Shown in pieces: positions 1 through 12,800 of a stretch of DNA of 64,000 nucleotides (the stretch's first letter is position 1; each line of letters begins with the position of its first letter). The stretch covers positions 62,001-126,000 of the forward strand of contig NIVC01001129.1 in assembly GCA_002269645.1 (NCBI GenBank), given 5' to 3'. The notes below the pieces were generated by a model that was not told the origin of the DNA, did no database searches, and worked only from the letters and a program-made list of their open reading frames with translations. Made by a program: the position numbers and the translations under genes. Source of the DNA: Macrostomum lignano. Its lineage: Eukaryota.

Positions 1-795
1 TCTAGTGTCTGCACTGTCACTCTAGTGTCTGCAATGGCACTCTAGTGTCTGCACTGTCACTCTAGTGTCTGCAATGGCACTCTAGTGTCTGCACTGGCAC
101 TTTAGTGTCTGCACTGTCACTCTAGTGTCTGCAATGTCACGCTAGTGTCTGCAATGGCACTCTAGTGTCTGCACTGTCACTCTAGTGTCTGCACTGTCAC
201 TCTAGTGTCTGCACTGTCACTCTAGTGTCTGCAATGTCACTCTAGTAGTGTCTGCACTGTCACTCTAGTGTCTGCACTGTCACTCTAGTGTCTGCACTGT
301 CACTCTAGTGTCTGCAATGTCACTCTAGTGTCTGCAATGTCACTCTAGTGTCTGCAATGGCACTTTAGTGTCTGCAATGGCACTTTAGTGTCTGCACTGT
401 CACTCTAGTGTCTGCAATGTCACGCTAGTGTCTGCAATGGCACTCTAGTGTCTGCACTGTCACTCTAGTGTCTGCACTGTCACTCTAGTGTCTGAACTGT
501 CACTCTAGTGTCTGCAATGTCACTCTAGTAGTGTCTGCACTGTCACTCTAGTGTCTGCACTGTCACTCTAGTGTCTGCACTGTCACTCTAGTGTCTGAAA
601 TGTCACTCTAGTGTCTGCAATGTCACTCTAGTGTCTGCAATGGCACTTTAGTGTCTGCACTGTCACTCTAGTGTCTGCAATGTCACGCTAGTGTCTGCAA
701 TGGCACTCTAGTGTCTGCACTGTCACTCTAGTGTCTGCACTGTCACTCTAGTGTCTGCACTGTCACTCTAGTGTCTGCACTGTCACTCTAGTGTC
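1..795. repeat. Minisatellite, 20-bp unit CACTCTAGTGTCTGCACTGT (ATP7 intron 11)
   Basis: About 39 visible tandem copies with point variants, beginning about 20 bp from the donor at 817. Confidence 0.97.
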
Positions 796-817
796 TCCAA
801 TCAAAATAGCATCGCAC

Positions 818-3800
818 CTGGACTTCATCCCGACGCAGCGGCCTGTCGGTGAAACCACCGTCTCTCATGGAGTCTTCCGAAGGCCGTTGCCAGGTGCGCA
901 GAAGCAGGCTGAGGCCGACTACGCTGACAGAGCTCAATGCCATAGCGGCCGAGGCCATCCAGGGCTTGAGCTCAAGGCCCAGCGGCATAAAAGCGCCTGC
1001 GGCAACTGGTATGCCAATCAAATTGTAGACTGTAGCGGCTAAGAAGTTTAGCCGGATCCGACGAACTGTCACCGTGCTCAGCGAGATTGCGGCGACCACG
1101 TCGAGGAGATTGTTGCGAATGAGGACAACATCGGCAGCTTCAACAGCAACGTCGGTGCCTGCAGGAGTTAATCATCGATATCAAACAGTTAATTATATCG
1201 ATACTGAAAGTCAATTATTGGTATTAGGAGAGTAAACTTTCGATATTTAAAGAGTTAATTATCGATTTTAAAACTGTTACGTATCAATATTCAAAAGTCG
1301 ATTTTCATATTGAAAGCGCAATTTTTTTATATTAAAAGAATGATTATCAATATTGAAACAGTTAATTATCGATATTAAATGAGTCAATTATCGATATTAA
1401 AAGTGTTAATTATCGATATTGAGTTAGTTATCGATATTGACAGTTAATTATCGATATTGAAAGAGTTAGTTACCGATATTTAAAGAGTTAGTTATCGATA
1501 TTGAAAGTTAATTATCGATATTGAGTTAGTTATCGATATTGACAGTTAATTATCGATATTGAAAGAGTTAGTTACCGATATTTAAAGAGTTATTTATCGA
1601 TATTGAAAGTTAATTATCGATATTCAAAGTTAATTAACGATATTTAAAGTTAATTATCGATATTAAAAGAATGATTATCAATATTGAAACAGTTTATTAT
1701 CGATATTGAATGAGTCAACTATCGATATTGAAAGTTAATTATCGATATTGAAAGTTAATTATCGATATTGAAAGTTAATTAACGATATTAAAAGAATGAT
1801 AGTTAATTAATTAACTGATAATTAACGATATTTAAAGTTAATTATCGATATTCAAAGTTAATTAAAGTTAATTAATATTAAAATAGTTATCGACACTGAA
1901 AAAGTTAATTATCTATGTTAATAGATCCGGATGGAATGATAAATGGACTCGTTAGTTATTGATATTGAAAGAGTTAGTTATCGATATTGAAAGTTAATTA
2001 ACGATAGTGAAAGTTAATTATCGATATTGAAAGTTAATTAACGATATTGAAAGAGTTAGTTATCGATGCTAAATGAGTCAATTATCGCAGTTAAAACAGC
2101 AAATTAAGCACAAAACCCAGTTTTACACCATCGATACTACTACATACTTGAAGTTCTCACTCACCTGTCCCAATAGCGATACCAACATCAGCCTGGGCGA
2201 GAGCCGGCGAATCGTTAATCCCATCGCCGATCATAGCCACTCGAGCTTTCGGATCGCGTTGGAACTGCTGCACCTTGGACACTTTGTGCTGCGGCAGAAC
2301 CTCGGCAAAGACAATCTTAATACCAACTTCTCTAGCAATGGCTAAGGCGGTTTTACGATTGTCTCCAGTGAGTAGGCAGACCTTGCGGCCAAGCTGAGTG
2401 AGGGCGTGTACGGCCAGTTTGGCCTCGGGCTTGACTCGGTCGGACACGGACACCAGGCCAGCCAGGCGACCAGCCAGGGTGCACAGGACAACGGTTTCGC
2501 CGTTCTCTTCGGCCGCTTGCATTACCTGCGAGTTAAAAAATAGATAATTGGAGACTTGCTGGCGAGTTAATGGGGACAGCATTAATAATTATTATATTTG
2601 GAGAATTAAAATTCTTGCCATATTTGTTGCTATGGGCACATAGCAACAGAATTTGGTGTGAATTTACTACTATAAGTAGGCCAGACTTGATCGGGAGGCG
2701 ATTCTATCCACTAGAAGGGGAGATTCTATTCTCTAGAGGGGGAGATTCTATTCTCTAGAGGGGGAGATTCTATTCTCTAGAGGGGGGGGGGATTCTATCC
2801 TCTAGAAGGGGAGATTCTATCCACTAGAAGGGGAGATTCTATTCTCTAGAGGGGGGGAGATTCTATCCTCTAGAAGGGGAGATTCTATCCTCTAGAAGGG
2901 GAGATTCTATCCTCTAGAAGGGGAGATTCTATCCACTAGAAGGGGAGATTCTATCCACTAGAAGGGGAGATTCTATCCTCTAGAAGGGGAGATTCTATCC
3001 ACTAGAAGGGGAGATTCTATCCTCTAGAAGGGGAGATTCTATCCTCTAGAAGGGGAGATTCTATCCTCTAGAAGGGGAGATTCTATCCACTAGAAGGGGA
3101 GATTCTATCCTCTAGAAGGGGAGATTCTATCCTCTAGAAGGGGAGATTCTATCCTCTAGAAGGGGAGATTCTATCCTCTAGAAGGGGAGATTCTATCCTC
3201 TAGAAGGGGAGATTCTATCCTCTAAGGGGGGGAGATTCTATCCTCTAGAAGGGGAGATTCTATCCTCTAAGGGGGGGGGAGATTCTATCCTCTAGAAGGG
3301 GGGATTCTATCCTCTAGAAGGGGAGATTCTATCCTCTAGAAGGGGGGGGGAGATTCTATTCTATTCTTCTAGAAGGGGGATTCTATCCTCTAGGGGGGAT
3401 TCTATCCTCTAGGGGGGATTCTATCCTCTAGGGGGGATTCTATCCTCTAAGGGGGGGGGGAGATTCTATCCTTTACAGGAGGCAGATTATAGAAGGGATC
3501 TGGCGCGGCGCTCTGATGTTCCAGTGCCAGGGCAGTTACATTAATTTTGGGCTTATTTGGAATCCACCCTTCCCCCCACCCTCCCAAGGCGCAGTGAAGT
3601 GTACATGCCTAACGATAAATAAAGTCAGGGCCGCCATGTACACTCCTGTGCGGGTGAGTGCTTGTGCGTATGACTGCGTACGTATCCGCGCGCTTGTGTG
3701 CTTGTAATGCCTCTCGCCGGGTGTGTGACAATGTCGTTTAAAGTGCGCCAGGGTGCAAACAGCCCCCCTGCCTCTAATTTAATAAAAGAACCGATTAAAC

Positions 3801-6800
3801 AAGTAGAAATGTTTCGACTTTTACCTCATCAACGTTAGGCGGCACGTTAATGCCATTCTTTAGCATCCAAGCCCGGTTGCCAATGAGAACGGGCAGCGGA
3901 TCGGCCACTCCGCTATCCGCGCCGCCGGTTGCTAAGCGAGAATTTCCGCCTCCGCCAAATTTGTTAGAGGCAGTGGCAGCTCCGAAGCCGTCAACTTGAA
4001 TCAGAGCGGAAGTTTCGCTAATATCCATTTCTGGCGAACTGATTCGGTCAATGTGGACCCCGCCGCAGTCCAGCTGGGTGCCTTCAGATTCCAGACGATC
4101 GATCAACCGCTTGTTTAGAGCTACTCGACAGCTCAGACCGTAGCCTGGCATGGCCTGCGCGTGGATTTTCGTTTAGGTTAATAAATTTAGGCGATAAAAA
4201 ACTGACATTTCTACTAGCTGAATTTAGGTAGTGTAATGCGCACATGAAATTATATTTTAAATAAAAGGTAAAATAAAATTACGGGGCACAATAAATGTGG
4301 CATTTTGATTCACGGAGCCGTTTTTTGGCGCTAATATTCACAGATATTTTTGGCGATTAAATTGACACATCTGTTTTTGGCGCCTATATTTACAGCACCT
4401 ATGTCTGGCGCCCATATTTGCAAAACCTGTTTTTGGCACCCATATTTACAACACCTAGAACACTATTCAATTTTCCTAGGCAGAACAAAGGTAAGCCACA
4501 AACCTGAAAATTGGAACAAGTTCCCCAGTCATGCCTGTCCCGAAAGGCGCGCTTTACAAATCCGCATACAGCCTGAGCAATGGCGTGCTCAGAATTGGCC
4601 TCAGCTAGGCCCAGAGCCTGCAGGAAATCTTGCAACGGTAGCATCTTATCGCTTAAAAATAGAAACAGTTTAGTGACCTCCGGCTTGCCAAAAGTTACAG
4701 TGCCAGTTTTGTCAAAGATGAAATGAGTCACTCGATGAGCAGTTTCCAATGGTTCACCGCCTTTGATTAGAATGCCATTGACCGCTCCGACACCTGTGCC
4801 AACCATCACGGCGGTTGGAGTGGCCAAGCCTAAGGCGCACGGGCAAGCAATGGAGAGTACGGTGATGGCCAGTTTAAATGCGTGCTCCCAGATGCGCTCG
4901 TGCTGACTGATGCCTGTGCCATCGTCTGCAATTTGGTAGTGTATTGTGTGTTATGTAGTTCGATTGCTGTGTACAGTACAGTGTCTATGGGCGATTCCTA
5001 GAGAGTATATACAGTGTCTATGGGGCGATTCCTTGAGAGTATATACAGTGTCTATGGGGCGATTCCTAGAGAGTATATCAAGTGTCTATGGGCGATTCCT
5101 AGAGAGTATATACAGTGTCTATGGGGCGATTCCTAGAGAGTATATAAAGTGTCTATGGGGCGATTCCTAGAGAGTACGAGCCGTATATACAGGAATACAG
5201 TGTCTATGGGGCGATTCCTAGAGAGTATATACAGTGTCTATGGGGCGATTCCTAGAGAGTATATACAGTGTCTATGGGGCGATTCCTAGAGAGTATATAC
5301 AGTGTCTATGGGCGATTCCTAGAGAGTATATACAGGAATACAGTGTCTATGGGGCGATTCCTAGAGAGTATATACAGGAATACAGTGTCTATGGGGCGAT
5401 TCCTAGAGAGTAAATACAGTGTCTATGGGGCGATTCCTAGAGAGTATATACAGGAATACAGTGTCTATGGGGCGATTCCTAGAGAGTATATACAGTATCT
5501 ATGGGGCGATTCCTATAGAGTATATACAGTGTCTATGGGCGATTCCTAGAGAGTATATACAGTGTCTATGGGCGATTCCTAGAGAGTATATACAGTGTCT
5601 ATGGGCGATTCCTTGAGAGTATATACAGTGTCTATGGGCGATTCCTAGAGAGTATATACAGTGTCTATGGGCGATTCCTAGAGAGTATATACAGTGTCTA
5701 TGGGCGATTCCTAGAGAGTATATACAGTGTCTATGGGCGATTCCTAGAGAGTATATACAGTGCGTCTATGGGGCGATTCCTAGAGAGTATACAGTGCGTC
5801 TATGGGGCGATTTCTAGAGAGTATACAGTGTGTCTATGGGGCGATTCCTAGAGAGTATACAGTGTGTCTATGGGGCGATTCCCAGTGAGTATATACAGTG
5901 TCTATGGGGCGATTCCTAGAGAGTATATACAGTGTCTATGGGGCGATTCCTAGAGAGCATATACAGTGTCTCTGGGGCGATTCCTAGAGAGTATATACAG
6001 TGTCTATGGGGCGATTCCTAGAGAGCATATACAGTCTATGGGGCGATTCCTAGAGAGTATATACAGTCTATGGGGCGATTCCTAGAGAGTATATAAAGTG
6101 CCTATGGGGCGATTCCTTGAGAGTATATACAGTGTCTATGGGGCGATTCCTAGAGAGTATATACAGTGTCTATGGGGCGATTCCTAGAGAGTATATACAG
6201 TGTCTATGGGGCGATTCCTAGAGAGCATATACAGTCTATGGGGCGATTCCTAGAGAGTATATAAAGTGCCTATGGGGCGATTCCTTGAGAGTATATACAG
6301 TGTATATGGGGCGATTCCTAGAGAGTATATACAGTGTCTATGGGGCGATTCCTAGAGAGTATATCCAGTGTCTATGGGCGATTCCTAGAGAGTATATACA
6401 GTGTCTATGGGCGATTCCTAGAGAGTATATACAGTGTCTATGGGGCGATTCCTAGAGAGTATATACAGTGTCTATGGGGCGATTCCTAGAGAGTATATAC
6501 AGTGTCTATGGGGCGATTCCTAGAGAGTATATACAGTGTCTATGGGCGATTCCTAGAGAGTATATACAGTGCGTCTATGGGGCGATTCCTAGAGAGTATA
6601 CAGTGCGTCTATGGAGCGATTCCTAGAGAGTATACAGTGCGTCTATGGGGCGATTCCTAGAGAGTATATACAGTGTCTATGGGGCGATTCCTAGAGAGTA
6701 TATACAGTCTATGGAGCGATTCCCAGTGAGTATATACAGTGTCTATGGGGCGATTCCTAGAGAGTATATACAGTGTCTATGGGGCGATTCCTAGAGAGTA

Positions 6801-9800
6801 TATACAGTGTCTATGGGGCGATTCCTAGAGAGTATATACAGTGTCTATGGGCGATTCCTAGAGAGTATATACAGTGCGTCTATGGGGCGATTCCTAGAGA
6901 GTATACAGTGCGTCTTTGGAGCGATTCCTAGAGAGTATACAGTGCGTCTATGGGGCGATTCCTAGAGAGTATATACAGTGTCTATGGGGCGATTCCTAGA
7001 GAGTATATACAGTCTATGGGGCGATTCCCAGTGAGTATATACAGTGTCTATGGGGCGATTCCTAGAGAGTATATACAGTGTCTATGGGGCGATTCCTAGA
7101 GAGTATATACAGTGTCTATGGGGCGATTCCTAGAGAGTATATACAGTGTCTATGGGCGATTCCTAGAGAGTATATACAGTGTCTATGGGCGATTCCTAGA
7201 GAGTATATACAGTGTCTATGGGCGATTCCTTGAGAGTATATACAGTGTCTATGGGCGATTCCTAGAGAGTATATACAGTGTCTATGGGCGATTCCTAGAG
7301 AGTATATACAGTGTCTATGGGCGATTCCTAGAGAGTATATACAGTGTCTATGGGCGATTCCTAGAGAGTATATACAGTGCGTCTATGGGGCGATTCCTAG
7401 AGAGTATACAGTGCGTCTATGGGGCGATTTCTAGAGAGTATACAGTGTGTCTATGGGGCGATTCCTAGAGAGTATACAGTGTGTCTATGGGGCGATTCCC
7501 AGTGAGTATATACAGTGTCTATGGGGCGATTCCTAGAGAGTATATACAGTGTCTATGGGGCGATTCCTAGAGAGCATATACAGTGTCTCTGGGGCGATTC
7601 CTAGAGAGTATATACAGTGTCTATGGGGCGATTCCTAGAGAGCATATACAGTCTATGGGGCGATTCCTAGAGAGTATATACAGTCTATGGGGCGATTCCT
7701 AGAGAGTATATAAAGTGCCTATGGGGCGATTCCTTGAGAGTATATACAGTGTCTATGGGGCGATTCCTAGAGAGTATATACAGTGTCTATGGGGCGATTC
7801 CTAGAGAGTATATACAGTGTCTATGGGGCGATTCCTAGAGAGCATATACAGTCTATGGGGCGATTCCTAGAGAGTATATAAAGTGCCTATGGGGCGATTC
7901 CTTGAGAGTATATACAGTGTATATGGGGCGATTCCTAGAGAGTATATACAGTGTCTATGGGGCGATTCCTAGAGAGTATATCCAGTGTCTATGGGCGATT
8001 CCTAGAGAGTATATACAGTGTCTATGGGGCGATTCCTAGAGAGTATATACAGTGTCTATGGGGCGATTCCTAGAGAGTATATACAGTGTCTATGGGGCGA
8101 TTCCTAGAGAGTATATACAGTGTCTATGGGGCGATTCCTAGAGAGTATATACAGTGTCTATGGGCGATTCCTAGAGAGTATATACAGTGCGTCTATGGGG
8201 CGATTCCTAGAGAGTATACAGTGCGTCTATGGAGCGATTCCTAGAGAGTATACAGTGCGTCTATGGGGCGATTCCTAGAGAGTATATACAGTGTCTATGG
8301 GGCGATTCCTAGAGAGTATATACAGTCTATGGAGCGATTCCCAGTGAGTATATACAGTGTCTATGGGGCGATTCCTAGAGAGTATATACAGTGTCTATGG
8401 GGCGATTCCTAGAGAGTATATACAGTGTCTATGGGGCGATTCCTAGAGAGTATATACAGTGTCTATGGGCGATTCCTAGAGAGTATATACAGTGCGTCTA
8501 TGGGGCGATTCCTAGAGAGTATACAGTGCGTCTTTGGAGCGATTCCTAGAGAGTATACAGTGCGTCTATGGGGCGATTCCTAGAGAGTATATACAGTGTC
8601 TATGGGGCGATTCCTAGAGAGTATATACAGTCTATGGGGCGATTCCCAGTGAGTATATACAGTGTCTATGGGGCGATTCCTAGAGAGTATATACAGTGTC
8701 TATGGGGCGATTCCTAGAGAGTATATACAGTGTCTATGGGGCGATTCCTAGAGAGTATACAGTGTCTATGGGGCGATTTCTAAAGTGTAAAGAGCCAGAT
8801 CTCACCAGGAATGGCATCAGGCTTAGCGTAGCCAATGACAACCCAGATCACGAGAGTAAGGCTGGACACAATCAGCACCATCGGTACAAAATAGCTGGCT
8901 ATCTTATCAGCCAATTGTTGGATCGGTGCTTTTGAAGTTTGCGCCTCTTCAACTAGGCGGACAATTTGCGATAGAGCCGAATCCGCGCCAACGTGAGTGG
9001 CCTCGATAATTAGTACGCCATTTTGGTTCATGGAACCGCCAATCACGTCTGAGCCAGGTATCTGATAATCATGAGTGAATGATGATCGATAATAATAATT
9101 GATTACACCTGTCCTAATGGGCAGATGTGCAACCGAAATCTGTTCAGTCCAAGGACTGGGGAGGGGGGGGGCGCCACACACACCTTCAATTACCCCAGCT
9201 AATGCTGGCACCCATTTTACAGCTGCCTAAGGACATGCTGTTCCGAGTGGATCGGGAATCGAACCCCCGACCTTCAAAACGTGAGCCCGACGCTCTAACC
9301 ACTAGGTCACAAGTTTAATTGAAAGCTTAATCGATTTATCGAATATACATTGGCTTGATAAGAATTTATCATAGGAATCGCATTATGCTACTAAATGAGT
9401 AAAATATTACACTTTCTCACCTTGGGCACAGGCAGCGGTTCGCCAGTGATCATTGATTCATTAACCTCGCTCTCTCCGTACACTACGCGACCGTCGGCTG
9501 GTATTTTTTCGCCTGGCACAACGCGGAGTTTGTCGCCGCGCTGAACCAGACCTACCGGGATCTTCTCGCTGCTAAGGATGCTTCCGCTGTCGTCAAGGGT
9601 GACTAGGGCGGCTTCTGTAGCCTGTTGGTGTCAAGCAAATATGTAGGGCCTTCGATTCTGGTCTGTTGTTAACGTATAGTGCTAACGTATAGGGATTCAA
9701 ATGTGCAAATGTTTGAGAATGCAGATTTGAGTCTCATGGGGATTTCTCATTATGGGATTGAGATTTCTCTTTGTGGGATTTTTTATTGTGAGATTAGGAT

Positions 9801-12800
9801 TTCTCATTATGGGATTGGGATTTCTCATTGTGGGATTGGGATTTCTCATTATGGGATTTCTCATTATGGGATTTCTCATTATGAGATTTCTCATAGTGGG
9901 ATTGGGATTTTTCATTATGTGACTGGGATTTCTCATTATGGGATTGGGATTTCTCATTGTGGGATTGTGATTTCTCATTATGGGATTTCTCATTATGGGA
10001 TTTCTCATTGTGGGATTGGGATTCCTCATTATGGGATTTCTCATTGTGGGATTGTGACTTCTCATTATGGGATTTCTCATTGTGGGATTGGGATCTCTCA
10101 TTTTGAGATTTGGATTTTTTTGGGGATTTCTCTGTCTCATCATAGCATTGGGATTTCTCATTTTAGATAGAGATTTTTCATTTTAGGATTGGGCTTAGAA
10201 AATTATAACTCGGAAATTTGAAAAAGAATTATAGCAATGATTTAGTGGTTTTTATTCTCAAGAGATCACCAACGCAAAGATTCACCTGAAGCGACATCAG
10301 TTTGCTCAACGCCTCTGAAGTTTTACCCTTGGCGATGTGCTCAAGCCAGCGGCCCAGAGACACAAACACCATCAGCATTGGAGTCGTCTCAAAAAACGTC
10401 TTCGGGCTGCCGGGCTCTCGGAGTCCCATGGCAACTAGCACAGCCAGCAAGGAGTACACGTATGATATCGTGGTTGCCATGACAATCAATACGTCCATAT
10501 TGGTGGTTCGATGGCGCAACGCTTTATAAGTCTGAGTGTAGAAGTATCGGCCGCCAACAAACTGTACGGGAGTGGCCAAAAGGAACATGAGCAGATTTTC
10601 CCAGGACAGGCCGGCGGTCACCTGGCAATGTGGAAAATAATTTATAGAAAATTAGCATTGGCGATATGTTGTGTAATTGAATATATAGCTTTAGCCTTCC
10701 TAAGTATAGGTGTCTTTAGAGAGGTCAAGTAAGTGTCTTCAGGGAGGTCAAATAAGATGTCTTTAGAGAGGTAAAATAGGTGTCTTCAAGGTCAAGCAAA
10801 GTGTCTTTAGGAAGATCAAGTAAGGTGTCTTTCGGGAGGTCAAGTAGGTGTCTTTAGGGAGGTAAAGTAAGGTGTCTTTAGGGAAGTCAAGTAGGTGTCT
10901 TTAGAAAGGTAAAGTAAGGTGTCTTTAGAAAGGTAAAGTAAGGTGTCTTTAGGGAGGTCAAGTAAGGTGTCTTTAGGGAGGTCAGGTATGTGTCTTTAGG
11001 GAGGTCAAATAGGTGTCTTTAGGGAGGTCCAGTAAGGTGTCTTTCGGGAGGTCAAGTAAGGTGTTTTTCGGCAGGTCAAGTAGGTGTCTTTAGGGAGGTC
11101 AAGTAAGGTGTCTTTAGGGAGGTCAGGTAGGTGTCTTTAGGGGTCTAGTAAGGTGTCTTTAGGGAGGTCAAGGAGGTGTCTTTAGGGAGGTCAAGGAGGT
11201 GTCTTTAGGAAGGTCAAGGTGTTTTTCGGCAGGTCAAGTAGGTGTCTTTAGGGCCGGGAGGTCAAGTAAGGTGTTTTTCGGCAGGTCAAGTAGGTGTTTT
11301 CAGGGAGGTAAAGTAAAGTGTCTTTAGGGAGGTCAGGTATGTGTCTTTAGGGGTCTAGTAAGGTGTCTTTAGGGAGGTCAAGGAGGTGTCTTTAGGGAGG
11401 TCAAGGAGGTGTCTTTAGGAAGGTCAAGTAAGGTGTCTTTAGGGAGGTCAAGGTGTCTTTAGGGAGGTCAAGTAGGTGTCTATCGGGAGGTCAGGTAGGT
11501 GTCTTTAGGGAGGTCAAATAGGTGTTTTCAGGGAGGTCAAGTAAGGTGTCTTTAGGGAGGTGTGCATTGAGTGCGTGCCTGCGTACAGTATTGGAGACTA
11601 GCATATGCAGGTAAGTAATAGAGATACGCAAGCTCCTTGATAGCCGGTCTCACCATAGGTGTACAGGGTCGCCCATGAGCAACAGTAGCATTAGCATTGG
11701 TGTGCGTGTGCGGCGACCCGGCATCACCTGAGGGCGCTGAGAGGCCCTTAGAATGGCAGGAGTGATCGAATGCGGCCATAAATGCCACCATAATAACCAT
11801 AGTTGGCAGGCCGAATACTAGGGAGTAGAGAAAGGACCGACGCCAGCGATGCGTGTGGCTAACAATCCGACGGCCTTGACGCTCTGAAGCGGTCAGGTCG
11901 CTGGCTAGGGCAGCGGTGAAGCCGGCGTCAACTATAGCGGCTATGATCGATCTGGGTCCCGTCGCGTCCGTTTCGTAAACAAATCGGCCGCGTTCGGTTG
12001 CTAAGGCAACCGCGGCTTCGACTACGCCTGGTACGGCTAGTGCGGCTCGTTCAACTTTGGCTACGCAGGAGCTGCAGGTCATGCCGCCGATGTCCAGGGT
12101 CACCGTGGTCCGGCCGGGACCCGCCGCTCCAGAGGCGCCGTCCGCATCCAGCAACTGGGTGTGCGGGTTGAGGGGGGCGAGTGGGATTCCGGGTGAGCTG
12201 CGGGGTTTTCAGTTGTGTGGTGTTTTGCGTCTGGGTGTGGTGTAGGATGTGTACCTGTGAGGTGTGGGAGCCTTACGTGTGCGGTATGGGGTCTTGTGTG
12301 TGGGTTGTGGGAATCCTACATGTAGGGTGTGGGAAGCTTACATGTGGAGTATGGGAGCCTTACGTGTGGGGTATGGGATTCTGCCATGTGGGGTGTGGGA
12401 ATCTTACGTGTGAGGTGTGGGAGTCTCACGTGTGGCTTATGGGAATCTTACGTGTGGGGTATGGGAATCTTACGTGTGGGGTATGGGAATCTTACGAGTG
12501 GGGTATGGGAATCTTACGTGTGTGGTATGGGGTCTTGCGTGTGGGGTATGGGTGTCTTACGTGTGGGGTATGGGTGTCTTACGTGTGGGGTATGGGAATC
12601 TTACGTGTGTGGTATGGGGTCTTGCGTGTGGGGTATGGGTGTCTTACGTGTGGGGTATAGGTGTCTTACGTGTGGGATATGGGAGCCTTACGTGTGGGGT
12701 ATGGGATTCTGCCGTGTGGGGTGTGGGAATCTTACGTGTGAGGTGTGGGAGTCTCACGTGTGGCTTATGGGAATCTTACGTTTGGGTTATGGGAATCTTA

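Noticed and set aside
9249-9312. Functional tRNA-Val(CAC) gene
   Set aside because: There is no pairing acceptor stem and a non-tRNA body follows, so it was treated as a SINE head or pseudogene.
10705-11560. Interstitial telomere (TTTAGGG/TTAGGG)
   Set aside because: The motif occurs once per 23-24-bp unit, not as tandem telomeric hexamers or heptamers.
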